Shown: piece after piece, positions 42,428-56,221 of the stretch
How positions within the stretch are numbered: position 1 is the first letter of the stretch
Layout of the letters: every line of letters starts with the position of its first letter
Made by a program: the position numbers and the translations under genes
The notes under the pieces: generated by a model
What the model saw: only the letters and a program-made list of their open reading frames with translations
The model's database searches: none
What the model was told of the DNA's origin: nothing
Origin: Eledone cirrhosa
Lineage: Eukaryota
Assembly (NCBI GenBank): GCA_964016885.1
Contig: OZ024752.1
Location: 2,170,001-2,234,000, forward strand
Direction: 5' to 3'
DNA length: 64,000 nt

Positions 42428-45031
42428 TTTATTTCTTACTCTTCTTCGATTCAAACTAATGTCTTGTTATAACTGCAATGTCTTGCATTATAACTAATGT
42501 CTTGTTATAACTTTTCAATAAAAAGGAATTGATTATATTGACGATGGCAATGATAATGATATCGTTGACGATATGGAAGAGGGGCTGAAGGAGTGTGATG
42601 ATGAGGAGTGTGTAGAGAAGTAGGGAGAAAACTTAAAACACCCAAACCATAATACTGAGATAAATGATTAATACGGACAATAAAAGAATATGTATGGTTT
42701 TTTATAGTAACTTTAATGGATGTCACGATGACATGATGTCATAAAACAGAACAAAATATTGTTTAACATTAGACTTAAGAATTTCTAAGGAAACACATCT
42801 GGATATTAAGTTTCATTACTAATTAGCTAATAATGCTAGTATGATGTCATTGTGTTACAGTTCGTTGGACATTACTACGACCGAAACTATGGTGTTTTTA
42901 ACTAGCATGATGGATCGATAGGTTAATGTCGAAGGCAGATTTATTGCTGTGCCAAGTATTCCAACTTTACGGTTAAATTTCAGTGCTGCCAATTTACCTG
43001 TTCATGTTGAGCTGATGTGATCTTCTCACCCATATATTTTCAATAAAGTAGCGCTAATACAGAGCGGGGTTGAGAGGTTAACGTAATTCTGTGGCGTGCA
43101 GTGCTTTAATTAAATGTAACAATTATATGATACACACAATACGGTATCATAGTTATTAGAATGCCAGATAGTGGACACTAGATCTAAGAGATCGAATTAT
43201 ATTATAGTGGAATATGCTTGTCGTTGTAAATAAATGTAATAAGTAGCTGTAGTTTAGGTGATGAGGTCAATGTTAATCAGACGAGTAGAATATTTCATTA
43301 AAGTGTTTACTATTTATGACAGACACAGTATGTCAGGATATTGATTTTCCTCTTGTTGCACCTTACACTTAAATTTTCCTACTAATATTCCTTATCTTAA
43401 CAACTACTCTCTATATAGTTTAAGAAATGCTGAGCAAACAAACCAAAATCACGTTATGGAATGAAATTAATTATAAAGCATTCGATCACATAATGGAAAT
43501 CATCTATGCATTTTATGGACTAAATACACTTAATTGTACGTACAGATATTTTTTGCTATTTATTATATAATTTCGGTGAAATTCACCCATGCTTTGTGAG
43601 CATTCTCTCAAATTCTAAGAAATCCGTGGGTACGAATTTCTTAGGTCCAAGTCAGATCCAGGCAAGAATATTTTCAATGCTTATTTAAAAGTAAACGTAC
43701 ATAAAATTCTTTTCAAATGCCATAGTGATAATTTGAATATTTAATAATAACTCATTACCTATTGATATCCACGCGTGACTGTCATGGTTTACTGGAAGTA
43801 TAAGACTGTACTAGCTACATAACTACGGGCTACAAAACTGAAGGACGCCTTGATTTACCTGTATAACCATGAATATTTTATTTATTTGTCAGAACAAATA
43901 TAAACTTTACGTTGGTTCTATTTTCATGATGCATCTGATATGAGTTAGGAATATTTAACTGATCTAAAGAGTATACAGAAAGGATGAACATTGTGTAGCT
44001 AAAAATGCAGTGGTCATAACTTCTTCATGCCACAATGCCCTCTTAAATTACACTAAACAGGATGTATGAGGTACGATGCATATTAAAACAAATACAGGCT
44101 GAACTTCGGAAAAATGCTTTTTCCCATCCAGCAGTGCAGACATTAGTGGGAGATAAATACACATTTATAACGTTATTATGTTAGTTTTGCTAATCCTCAC
44201 CTCCATATATATATATATTAAATGTATATTCACACACACACAAACATATGCGTGTGTGTGGACCCGCCTTAACGAATCTATACTTTCAGAATGTCATTTA
44301 GTTAATACATGCTTCATAATTTCATGTTCATATTTCTCTAGGTATTCTGCTACGTGATATGATAACAAAGGTTAATAGTTTAGCTTCGAAGTTTCAAGTT
44401 ACTGCTACTACTTAGGAGCCATCTACCGATACAGATAGAGAGAAGATAGAGATTAATTTTATATTTACGTTTGCCTGTAAAATTTTATACTTTCACATAG
44501 CAGATGTTCTTGTCAAAGTAAACACAATTTGTTTGAAGCAATATTAAATTAATTATTGAAATAAATCTGGATTTAATGGTAGATGTTAGGCTTAAATAAG
44601 AATTCTCTTTATGTTTCTAAATGTCGTTTTCAATCTTATTTCTAGAACACAAATGTCACTTTGATTGACACACATTATTAAAGTATTTTATTTGCTTCAA
44701 TATTTCATGAATCAATAGGGAATCAAATATAGATCAACATATTATAGGATAATAAAATCCTTAAATAATTTCCTAATATTATCTCAAATGCACATCATTA
44801 ACTTGCTTTCAATCAAATTGCTGGCTTTCCAGAACGTAATATTCGTGGATCGATGAATGTTGTATCGGCGAAAACTAAAAAGGAAATTTGATTATAATGA
44901 ATTCGATGAAAGATATTTTCCTAATTGTAGCTTTGTTTTCAGTTTTTAATGTTATATATAATTTTCAAGCATATGTATTAATACTATTGCATGTAATTGA
45001 CTGTCAAGCAGAATAACATTATTTAATTGAG

Positions 45032-45140
<109 letters not shown>

Positions 45141-45467
45141 TGAATAAGAGACACTGCTTTATGTGTATAACTTGTATTACATAATTCGAGTATACGTATT
45201 TCGAAGATATCAAAGTGGTTGCATAATAATCTTCGGACGTTTTCTCACCAGACAGTTTAACATTTCTGATTTTAGTTTTTGATATGCTACTGATTTAACG
45301 TGGTGTTTACATCAGACATATCTGATGAGACGTTATCAGGAGGTTATTATGCAACCACTCTGACCTCATCGAAATAGGTATAAAACAATTATGTAATAAA
45401 ATATGTACACATAAATCAATCTCTCTGATGCATAATATATATATATATACTAAACTACTACAAAATT

Positions 45468-45625
45468 CATCCACATTTTGTTTTGATATAATAAAACCTT
45501 TCCTTTTCAGACGATCCCACATGAACTGCCTCACTTCTTCAATGGATTATTCTTTATCTTCTGTAATGATCCTATTTAATGTCTTGAGTGATCTTCCACG
45601 TTTGTGTTGCAGCTTAGCTGTCTCT
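45468..45625 (-). pseudogene. Possible decayed transposase N-terminal fragment
   Basis: KLQHKRGRSLKTLNRII..*SIEEVRQFMWDRLKRKGFIISKQNV resembles the S.RTL.R ... R.MW..L...G..V helix-turn-helix region of integrase-type DNA transposons; short and interrupted. Confidence 0.3.
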
Positions 45626-48444
45626 TATAACATTAAGTGCAGAAAGAAGAACAAACATATTATACAATATTACTTGCTATATATTTTTCAGATAAAACCA
45701 CAAAAACCGTTGGTACTATGCAATATGTGAGTAAACATCATTTAACATATGAGGCTAGCATATGGACATTTATATATTAATGTATTCCAATTATATTGGA
45801 CGATAAGATGTACTTGCCATGTGTTAACACTATGCACATTAATAATCTAACTAAAATATATTTCTTATTAATGCATTAATCAGCAACATTACGCGTATCT
45901 AGCACTGAAAACATCGAGGAATTAGAAAAATTCATTGTTGGTTTTGTTTCGAGAATTGAATTATTTATTGAGATTACACTAACTTTCATCCTTGAATGAA
46001 TGCAGTTTTATATTTGTGTGACATCAAACACTGAATCACTCAAGTTTTTAAAGTGTGTCAATCAGCTGTATTTGCTTCGTCACGCATTTAGATGGAGAAT
46101 ATATTAATCTAAAATATGCCAATAAATAATAGGTTATTACAACAATTAATATATTCATAAATATCACATGGGTGAATTCATACTATAAATATTTTTAGAA
46201 ACTCTTATGAAACTATCTTATCTTTAACTTTACCAACGTGAAAATTAGTAGATCCATTGGCACGTTTCAGAAATTATTTTATTTTTCTCTTTAAAATATT
46301 TGCTGATGAATTAAAAGATTCAGTGTTTATATCGTTATTTGCAATTAGGTTGACTTTAGTATATCGATTTTCGTTTTTTGGTTTTTTTACGGATTCGGAA
46401 AAGATTTATCAGAAACAATGCACTGGTTACCTGATCACATTCAACATACACTTGAAAAGTGCCCACGTTAACTATATCAACATCGTCGCTAAATATAATG
46501 TGAATGCAGTAAATTACTTTTCAAGTTTCACTAGGTTTTCCATATGATATCTAGGAAGACACAAACAAGTGTTAATACACCGACTTTCAGAGACACGTTC
46601 TTTGGATTTACATTCGAAATTACTATCAGTGCCATGCCGTAATTGCTCAATGCATAACAAAACAATTCTGAAAAAGAATTCGTTTTAAATTTTCGTTTAG
46701 AAATGTGTCATACTGTGCGATTCATAGAGTTGGCACTCATAGATTATAATATATTCATTCACTTCTGTATGTAAACAGATATTTTGTTTGAATAGTGCAT
46801 CATAAATGTACGTATTCTTTCATGTTATAAATCTGGTATACCTTGAAATAATAGTATGCATATTGATAGTATGAGTATTAAATGTAGTGCAGCAATTACG
46901 TTTAACAAATTATAATTACACCCGTCGTGAGAGAGACTCTTGGGCGTAATTACAATCAATATAGGCTCCGTTGAGAGATTCGGGTTTTTAAATTAAATTT
47001 GTTTTAAAAGAGATTATTCTGAGGACAACGTTTCATTATTTAAATAATGTAAATTGACCAGACTTCTCTTTTGGTTTTCTCTTCCACAATCAAACATTAA
47101 TATATCCATTTGTTTTTAAAGTGTTTCTCCATATATTAGGTGTGTTCACGCCTAGTTTGTTTATGTTCAGTTTCTATTGATTCATTTATCACAGAGTATT
47201 TTTCGGCAGATTTTATTATATTTTCCGTGTCCAATCATTGCATATATTTTTAAAAAGACATTTTAGCATCAACTACTCACCGGTTTAGCAAATCATTTTG
47301 TCTATGTCAATAGGACCGAAATATAAACGGAGACCTATCGAATAGACCTATATAGACTATACCTGAGTCTATATTTTATTAATTGTAATTAATTCCATCT
47401 CTGGCAGCCGGGATTTACTCATTAAGCTTTTTAAAATCAATTCTTTCCAGTGACGGTGTAATATTTTATTCAGTAAAATATTTTGAAGTAACATATTATT
47501 CATGTTAGCAGCATCTTATCTATCGGTTTTTTATGCATCAATAGTTCTTGGAAATTGTTAACAGCTTGCTCTACAGTGTACGTCACTTTAGCGGTAAGTA
47601 GATAGAATATGTACGAGACTATGCTATGATTGACGGAGGGTGATGCGGATTGCTGGGAAAAGCCGATAAATCATAGAGGATGATCTCTGTGACAGTACGA
47701 GTTGTAGAGAGTCCGGCTTGGATAGTCTCCCTTAAACGTTTACGTAGATATGTGGCAAACTAGCATGGTTTTGGCTGTTTCGGCTGATGCAGACTAGTGA
47801 TCACAATACTTTAGCTTCCAATAAAACATTCACACATACGCGCGCGCGCTTATACTAGTAAATATGCAGACAATATGTTTTTTATCCAATATAAATATAT
47901 TTTATTGATTTTAAATGAGATATGCATTTCCTTTTTGAAACACTCAAGAAGCAGTCATATTAATTATCTTTATCTAGTACTGAACTTAAGTTTCTAAATT
48001 GATTTTTTTTCATTATATATTAATATAGATCATTTTCACATTTCTTCAGTTTTGTCATTGAGATTAACATGCTTCGGTAATAAAACACGAGCTTCAATTA
48101 TATTTCCTATGCCACGTTGTTAGGTAAAATAAGAGAGATACTTCTCTTTACATATTTTATTATTTTACGGTTTTATTCATCAGATACATAGAGAAAGGAA
48201 TATTTTGCTGCCCGACATATCTCATAAGAGTTAATAAGGAACAGAAAATGCAATTTATAACTTGATTATTGATATTAATAATATTAAAGTTCGAAAATAT
48301 CACACTAATTCGGATATCATTAACGTAAATTGAATTTTCTAAGTTCATATATCGCCACAATTTTCCATTCCAATGATATCTCTTGCGACTATAGACTATT
48401 TTTTACATGATGTTACAAGGGTGTATTTGAATAAGAAACGATAC

Positions 48445-48551
<107 letters not shown>

Positions 48552-48602
48552 ACAACAAAGCAACCGACAATGTAGATATATATATGATACCAAACACACA
48601 CA

Positions 48603-48650
<48 letters not shown>

Positions 48651-49046
48651 TGTGTGTGTTTTGTATCACAATAACAATGTGTGTTCGTAACCAAACCTTA
48701 TAACCGTAAACATTGCTGGTGTACCATCTTGAAATACCATTATACACACATCTGCGCGTATAAAAAATGTAGATAAATGCTTGCAAAAATATCTTCCATA
48801 AACTATTAAAAACATACCGTTTAAAATATACAAAGTTGTCCACGAACGAATCTAATTAATAAAACACTGGGAAATATTCTAAACTTGAAAATATATAACC
48901 AAAGATGTAGAAGGATGCAGGACAATCCTTGATTCAGACATGTATTAATTAAACGTGTGAACATATATATAGCCAGGAATAATTCACTCTATCCATCGAC
49001 TGATGTAAACAAGTTTCTATTAAATCATCGATACCCTGGGAAATTT

Positions 49047-49087
<41 letters not shown>

Positions 49088-49088
<1 letters not shown>

Positions 49089-50386
49089 AAATCTACACCC
49101 AAAATGAGGGAGCAGCCATCGGCGTCAGCATAGCTGGCGATGTTGCCAACCTTTTCATGGTATGGTGGGAAAGGAGACTTAAAGATCTCCTTAATGAAAG
49201 CTCCATAGACCTCATCATGTACTCTCGTTATGTAGACGATATCAATATAGTTATAAGAACACCCCCACTAGAGAGCACTAACAAGTTTGATTTAGAACGT
49301 AGCACGATGGAAAGCATCCAGCAGATAGCTAATTCCATACACCAGAGTATAACTGTAACTATAGACTTCCCTTCCAAACACCCTAACAATAGACTACCTG
49401 TATTAGACACAGAACTCTGGATTAACACTATAGACGAGAGAGCCCAAATTCTCCACTCACACTATGCTAAACCCATGGCCTCCAAATACCTGATACTCAA
49501 AAACTCAGCAATGTCCAGTAGTGCTAAGTTTAATATTCTGATCGCAGATTTGGTACGAGTGATGAAGAATGTGTCCAGCATGTGCGACCCAACAGAAATG
49601 GAAGGACACATCCAACACTTCATCAACCGCATGCAGTTCTCTGGCTACAACCAAAGAGACAGAGTCAGAGTATACGAAGGAGCCATGGAAAAGTATAAGA
49701 CCCTCATAGAACTGGACATGAAAGGAATTTGCCCACTATACAGGAGCAAATCATGGAATAGCTTAGATAGGGCTAGACATAAGATAGGGAAGGCCACATC
49801 ATGGTACGACAACCAGAGATATCAGAGTGTCATGTTTGTGGACGCCACCCCTGGAGGGAAATTAGCTAACCAGTGTAGAAAGGCCCTGAGAAAGACCCAC
49901 TTAAAAATAAAGGTGGTAGAAAAGCCAGGAACCACCATAAAATCCCTGATCAGCAAAACCTACCCTTTTAAGAAAACCCACTGTACCAATAGGAAATGTA
50001 TCATATGTAAGGTGAACCCCCGGATAAACTGTAAAACTAGAAACGTAGTCTATAGCATAAGATGTACAGAGGGTACTTGCAGAAACACGACAACAACATA
50101 CATAGGTGAGACAGCTCGTAGCATAGGTGAAAGGATAGACCAACACTGGGGGGAACTAAAAGGACGAAAAAACGGGTCAGTACTATACGAACATGCTAGA
50201 CAACATCATGACGGTAACATAGACAACATAGAAATTAGAATAATATCTAAACATAGGAATGACCCAGCAGATAGGCAAATCAGAGAGGCCAGTGAAATAG
50301 AAATTAGAAGACCAAAGCTAAACAGAAAGAATGAGTGGAACAACAACAACACCCAAACAAACAACACTGACCTAAGAGAAGTATAA
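49088..50386 (+). CDS. PLE reverse transcriptase (C-terminal half) + Cys-rich linker + GIY-YIG endonuclease, uninterrupted
   Basis: EIYTQNEGAAIGVSIAGDVANLFM, YSRYVDD, LPVLD, HYAKPMAS, FVDATPGG, C..C.IC..NC, NVVYSIRC, YIGETARSIGER, EH..HH, RQIREA, LNRKNEW; no stops over ~430 codons. Confidence 0.92.
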
Positions 50387-50674
50387 ATAAATAAGTAAAT
50401 TAAATTAAATAAATAAAATAAGATAAATAAATACATACACAAGCACATAAACACACACTAGTCACCCAGCAGACAACACTATACACACTAGTCACACATC
50501 ACACATAACACTATACACACACGCAAACGCATGCGCAAAGAAGACAAAATAAAATAAGATAAACAAACAAGCAAATAAATAAATAAATATATAGACAGAC
50601 TGAACAAAAAAAAAAAAAAAAAAAAAAAAAATGGCGTAGACATACAACACAACAGGAGGAACAATGAATATAAC

Positions 50675-50714
50675 ACCACTGACGATGTTGCAGATGTGCA
50701 ACGAAAGATTTATG
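50675..50714 (+). ncRNA. Hammerhead motif in the PLE 3' end
   Basis: acca-CTGACGA-t-GTTGCA gatg TGCAAC-GAAA-GATT-TA-tg. Intact core and 6-bp stem II; weak stem I. Confidence 0.65.
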
Positions 50715-51056
50715 TAAACTATATATATATGTGTTTGTCTATATTGTATCTGTATTATTTTTGACCGCCGGTCAGTCAATGGCAACATTGAGGACCGAGT
50801 AAGTTAGATCGCAGATATATATATATAAAAGACAGCGAGAAGCGAAAACCAACCAAACAGTGAGTGTGTTCTGTTATTAATTCTGGCAATATTACGCAAA
50901 TATGACCCTCCCCAAATATAACAATATATATATATATATTTATATATATATTTATATATATATATATATTTATATATATATTTAATTGTAGGAGTCCATG
51001 TTTACCTCCAAAGCTGTTCAGTATAGCTACCTAAATTTGGCGAAATCTCTGGTGGA

Positions 51057-51130
51057 TAGACTCCGAGCTCATTGGCTATAGCATTAGGCAACAATTTGAG
51101 AGATAAGGGCTTCGATCCTTCGTAGCGATG
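51057..51130 (+). other. Decayed tRNA-like head (SINE remnant or tRNA pseudogene)
   Basis: gagctcattggctatagca (A-box-like) and gggcttcgatcc (B-box-like) at tRNA spacing; no clean cloverleaf. Confidence 0.3.
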
Positions 51131-51519
51131 GTGGGCATATCCTGCTGTTTTTTTACCTATTTTCCCAATCATATGAGATATTATTTAACGTGTTTGACTG
51201 TTGTTACAGTAAGCTTCTGTGTTACAGCTTCTGGCAGGATCAAACATTTGAAATCGATCAGTTTCCTCGATGTTTACATTGAAATTTGTTCAGTATAGCA
51301 AAATGTTTATCTGGTGGATGTTGTTCTCGCATCATTCCTTCTATACTTTTTTTAATACAAATTCTAACCTGTTATTTATAACGATCGTCTAATGTTACAA
51401 TTATTTTCTACGTTTTCTCATATATATATATAAATAATATGAATTAGTTGAAAAATTACAATACCATGAGGTGATTCACGCAATATATTGACTGCAATAT
51501 CATGCCATCCACTGTCGGT

Positions 51520-52330
51520 CTCATTGCTATCTTAGGTTTAATCAGTTGCAGAATGTATATCTAAGGAATTCGGTAGCGGATCTTTAGTGGACTTTGTCAG
51601 AGTGAAAAATGTTTCCTTCACTTAATTATTCCTTGGAGAGTAATGAGAGTAGAGACTTCCAAAGGGACTTATTAGATGCAAGCCAATCCAAATTATCCGT
51701 AAAATCAACCGAGCTCATGGATATTATTCATATATTTTGCACGCGTTTGATCTGAACATCAATTATTTCCTTTTACATTCAAATCATTTATCCTTATATC
51801 GGAAAATTCATGTCTGATACGGGTGTAGTGGGGCTTTAAACTGGAGCGACACGCAGTTGCAATCAATGATGTACATTTACTGAAAGGTTATTTCCAAAGG
51901 ATCAAATTTCTGTTCGGGTAAATGGTCCCTAGTCTAAACAATTCAATGTAGGCTTTAGACTAAACCAGGGTTTATCTATGTATAGACTGCATAAACAGGA
52001 TTGACATACGGAACCAGATTAGGAAGTGGCATCAACATCGTCGAGGCATGGATAAGTAGGCTGAAATTTGCAAACGAAACGAAACTAATTAAATCCTTGG
52101 AAACTGATTTCTGACATGCCCTATATAGGATTGCTGCGAAATGTAGCACACAGGAATGAGATAATGTTATGCGAACACTCATCTTCTCAAGAAATCCTGG
52201 ACTCTGCACGTAACATAACTTTAATGAATCTCGGGCCTCTTTCACAAGTGTTGGCAGAGAGGCAACAGAATTAAATACACAAGAGATCTTGGAGCTGGTG
52301 CACTGATGGTCTCTTTACTGATTTGACAAA
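51520..52330 (+). mobile_element. Ancient RTE/Expander-type LINE RT remnant
   Basis: VRVNGP*SKQFNVGFRLNQG and ISRLKFANETKLIKSLETDF*HALYRIAAKC correspond to the RT QG and FADD..DLQHAL.RF...C motifs. Confidence 0.7.
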
Positions 52331-53250
52331 TACGCTTAATTATATGTATGCCAGTGTTTCATCGGAAGCTTCAAACAAAGCGAAGAATACTTAGCCAAGA
52401 GAAAAAAGGATATATAAAAGTAAAATGTGAAGCAGGTAAAAATAAGAAAGAATAAATCTTTGTGTATATCTTCAAGCATACATTTAATTATACAGGTATG
52501 CATGTTATATTGCTACTTACCACATTCCAGTATTCAACGGGAATGTATTTTCGGGAAACCTTGGAAATAATCAATAAAACTATAATAATAGGAATTTCAA
52601 CACGAATGCTGAGTCCTTTATTCAGTCAATACAGTGTGCTTTGCATATAAAACGCATATTACTAACTCTCTATATGTGTTTGTATGCATGCGTGTATCTG
52701 TGTTTGTGTGTGTGTGTGTGTTACTGAGAATATGGTTATTCACAATATGTGTGTGTGTGTTGAATTCACAACTCATATTTACTACTGAAAGCCGTTTCTT
52801 CTATTTCCTTATTTTGTGCCGAAAGAAAAGTAAACGCATTTAAAAAATTTCCTGTTCATGGCAAAATTAATTAAAAGGTCTTGGTTTAAATCCCTGACTG
52901 GGCTAAGACAAATAACAGAGGTTTTGTTCAAATATTGCTGTTACAAAGTGCAGTGAAGGAAATTAAATCTCAACATGTTTAGTGTAGTTAGATATCGAAT
53001 CTTAGGCATGCTCGTTTTTCCATGACTTGTATGCATACACATACACAACCTGTATTTGTCTGATTACTCTCTGGCATAATCCAATTCTTTAATTCCACAA
53101 CTCTTTGTTTGTGTCTTAATGTTTTCTTGTTTTACTATTTTCGTCTATTTCCAATTTGCTCGCAGGATGCTTTCGTAGAAAGCAAATTCAAAAGGAATGT
53201 AACAAAATAAAATATTTTGAATGATATTTCTATTTCTATTTCATTTTTCG

Positions 53251-53293
<43 letters not shown>

Positions 53294-54075
53294 TTCAATG
53301 TTTCTGTTTCAGCTGTGTTTTCTTCTAATATAGACCCTTAATATATAAATGGTTTTCTGCTATTTTCTGCAATCTACAACAAATTAAAAGAAAGTATATC
53401 GAAGAATACTTAGACAATTAATTTTATTGCTGGTTCTTTGTAACTTCATACACTGTTTGAGCAAAGACTACATGAACTGAAAACTATACATATTCTATAT
53501 GAAGAGGAACCAAAATGAAAACAGGAAGATCATTATTGAACCTCACAAAATGTTCAAAAGTAAAAACAACCCAGTAGACACCTATAGATGGGAATCTCTA
53601 ATTAACTCACACTTTTCAGAAAACATGTGCATATGAAATGCACACATGCAGGCACACACACGCCCAAACGCCACAATATAAAATGAAAAATCATAACTCC
53701 AAAGAAACTTTCACCAAAAACATCCCCCAGATGTATGTACTAAATCCTGTAAAAATATACCCCCTCAACAAGGCCCTATTTCATCTCTCTCTCTCTATAT
53801 ATATATATTATATTTACTTTTCGTCACTTTATTTATGTTTAATCTGCAAACCCTAAAATCTTACTTGACCTCTTGATACTCTGGAGCCATATCGACACAC
53901 ACGAGACACAGACACACATATACAGACACACCCTCATACGCACACATAAAACACAGGCATGCACACCCACCACAAAACCAAAGAAAAGCTCAGAATCTTC
54001 ATAAAACTCCATCTCATTAATAAGAAACATTTATGATTCAAAAACGTTTCTCCTCAAATTTCGTTTTATTATATT

Positions 54076-54260
54076 AAGGTTAGCTTTGCCTTTCATCATT
54101 ACGCGAACGATAAATGAAACACCAGTAATGCACTGGGATCGATCTAATCTTTTTTTCCTTTCCCTTTCAGATTGCTCACCTTTTACTTCAAGTAGAAACA
54201 ATTATATTAATATTATGAGGGATTTGGATTGGTAGTATCGGTACAGCGTCGGGCAACATG
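54076..54260 (+). mobile_element. SINE (Meta/MESC-type) 3' part plus the head of another copy
   Basis: ctttgcctttcatca..gataaat..accagtaatgcactggg..agtagaaacaattat; ggattggtagtatcggta. Confidence 0.7.
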
Positions 54261-56035
54261 TTCTCGGCTGAGAGGGTGTAACCAACTCTCGTTTTCATGA
54301 TATCGACATTTTAGTAGCAGCAGCAGCAACAATAGTAGTAGTAGTAGTAGTAGTAGTAGTTGTAGTATAATTAATATTAGTAGTATTAACAGTAGTAGTA
54401 GTAGTAAAAATCAGTGTATTGCTCGCAGATGCATATGGGCACGTATGAATAACATAACCCGACATATTCAACATTGACTTGTTTGTCTGTCAATAGTAAA
54501 TAATGATTATTAAATAATGTATATGTCTAATCGTAGATTTATGTAAGTCATCTGTTATTTGCACCTATTCATGATATAATGCATATGAACCGTTCCTCAA
54601 ATCTTGCTAATTAAACTATATTGACTATGGCTGTATTGTTGACCTCGGTAATATAGACGTGGATAGATTTCCATATTCAAGAAGACGCGTATTGGATAAA
54701 GTTCTTTGTCGACAGATATGTTGTCTAAAGACAAATTGAAAGTGATTGAAATCGATATGAATTATCTATTTGCCATATTTACTATGAAGTAAATATCTTA
54801 CATAGTTGTTTATCTGAATATAGTAATTGCTTTTATTTGATTTTAGCGGGTCCTGTATAATTACTTGCATTAGAATTAGATCGTAATTCTACATAGTTAC
54901 ATCAACTCTATATTGATTACAACAAGCTATGGAGCCAGTATGCTGTGGTACAATATTGTAGAAATAATAGCCAAATCTCTCTCCAACTTCATCCAACCGT
55001 ACAAATGTTTATTTAAATGATGATGTAAATCATAAAATATATCTAGCCGAGGTTGGCTAGTAGTAAAGAATTATTGCTAAATGGCATTTAATTAAAAACA
55101 CATTTACTAACCTGTAAGGTGTTAGTGTTTGACGAACAACTATTAAATGTAAAACAAAATGCTCTCGGTGGTATATTTGGAATACTGATATTTAGAGCAT
55201 TATACAACTTTGATGTTATTAACAAATCACCTGCCAATTCAGATTATGTTTCATCGAGACACTTGATTTTGTGTAGTATCGTTTGGTTGCATCACGTTCT
55301 GTATTTAATTCCACACTGAGATGATCAGAGTCCTGTCTAATGAAGACAAATGAAACGACGCTGTGTTATACATTTCAATTCCCAGGCCACTCTCTAATCG
55401 TAACTCAGGTTATCGTTGTTTTATTGATAACAATTTTCTGGTATTAATGTGTATATTTGTCATGTGTCTATTTCTATATGACATCAAAATTCCGTTGTGC
55501 TTAGGTAACCTCAGCCGGATGATGGATTGCCTGCGTTTCATTCGTGTCACGGTCTTATCTGGGAGAACCACTACAAAAGCAGTGACTCCAAGTCACCTTC
55601 ACCGCGGGCCACAATTCGTTATTATTTCAACTGAATAAACCTCATTGGCCTTAACAAGCTTATCACTTTCCTAGTTTTCCAGGTTGTGACAATTCCAAGA
55701 TCAAATTTATCACCTTTTGATATATACTTATCAATTCAATTTAAGTTCAAATTTGTTTTCCATCAATTCATTTAAACCCTAAAACTTAAATATTTATAAT
55801 TAACGTTGTTGAAATTATGAACGTTTATAATCTTCCTAAATACATTTTAACAATGTAGCAATTGCTTCGTATTTATATAGGTAATCTCAAACATATTTTC
55901 GTACCTGAAGATATGATTTTCTGCAATGAGAATATTTGCTTACAGATGCTTGTAACGTCTACCAACGGACATTACTGGATTGCTAGAATGTCTTTTGGCA
56001 AACGCAATAATCTAATTGATTTAACCCTCTTATTT

Positions 56036-56221
56036 ATAATTGTTTCTACTTTAGGCACAAGGCCAACAATTACCCAGTGCATTACTGGTACTTTATTCTA
56101 TCGACCCCCGTAAGGAGGAAAGGCAAAGTCAACCTCGGCGGGATTTGAACTCAGATCGTAAAGGGACGTAACTATGCTGGAAAGCATGGCGTCCGACCCT
56201 CCACCGATACTGCCAATCCAC
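56036..56221 (-). mobile_element. SINE (Meta/MESC-type)
   Basis: Full-length reverse-complement copy with B box gagttcaaatcc. Confidence 0.88.

Larger units (their letters stand above)
49088..50925 (+). mobile_element. 5'-truncated Penelope-like element inserted in (TA)n
   Basis: RT/GIY-YIG ORF, A-rich 3' UTR, HHR at 50675-50714, terminus shared with 2971-3106; (TA)n on both sides. Confidence 0.92.

Noticed and set aside
45303-45386. CTGATGA overlapping a long imperfect hairpin followed by GAAA
   Set aside because: The core overlaps the stem and stem III does not pair well; it cannot be folded as a proper HHR, though a decayed one is not excluded.
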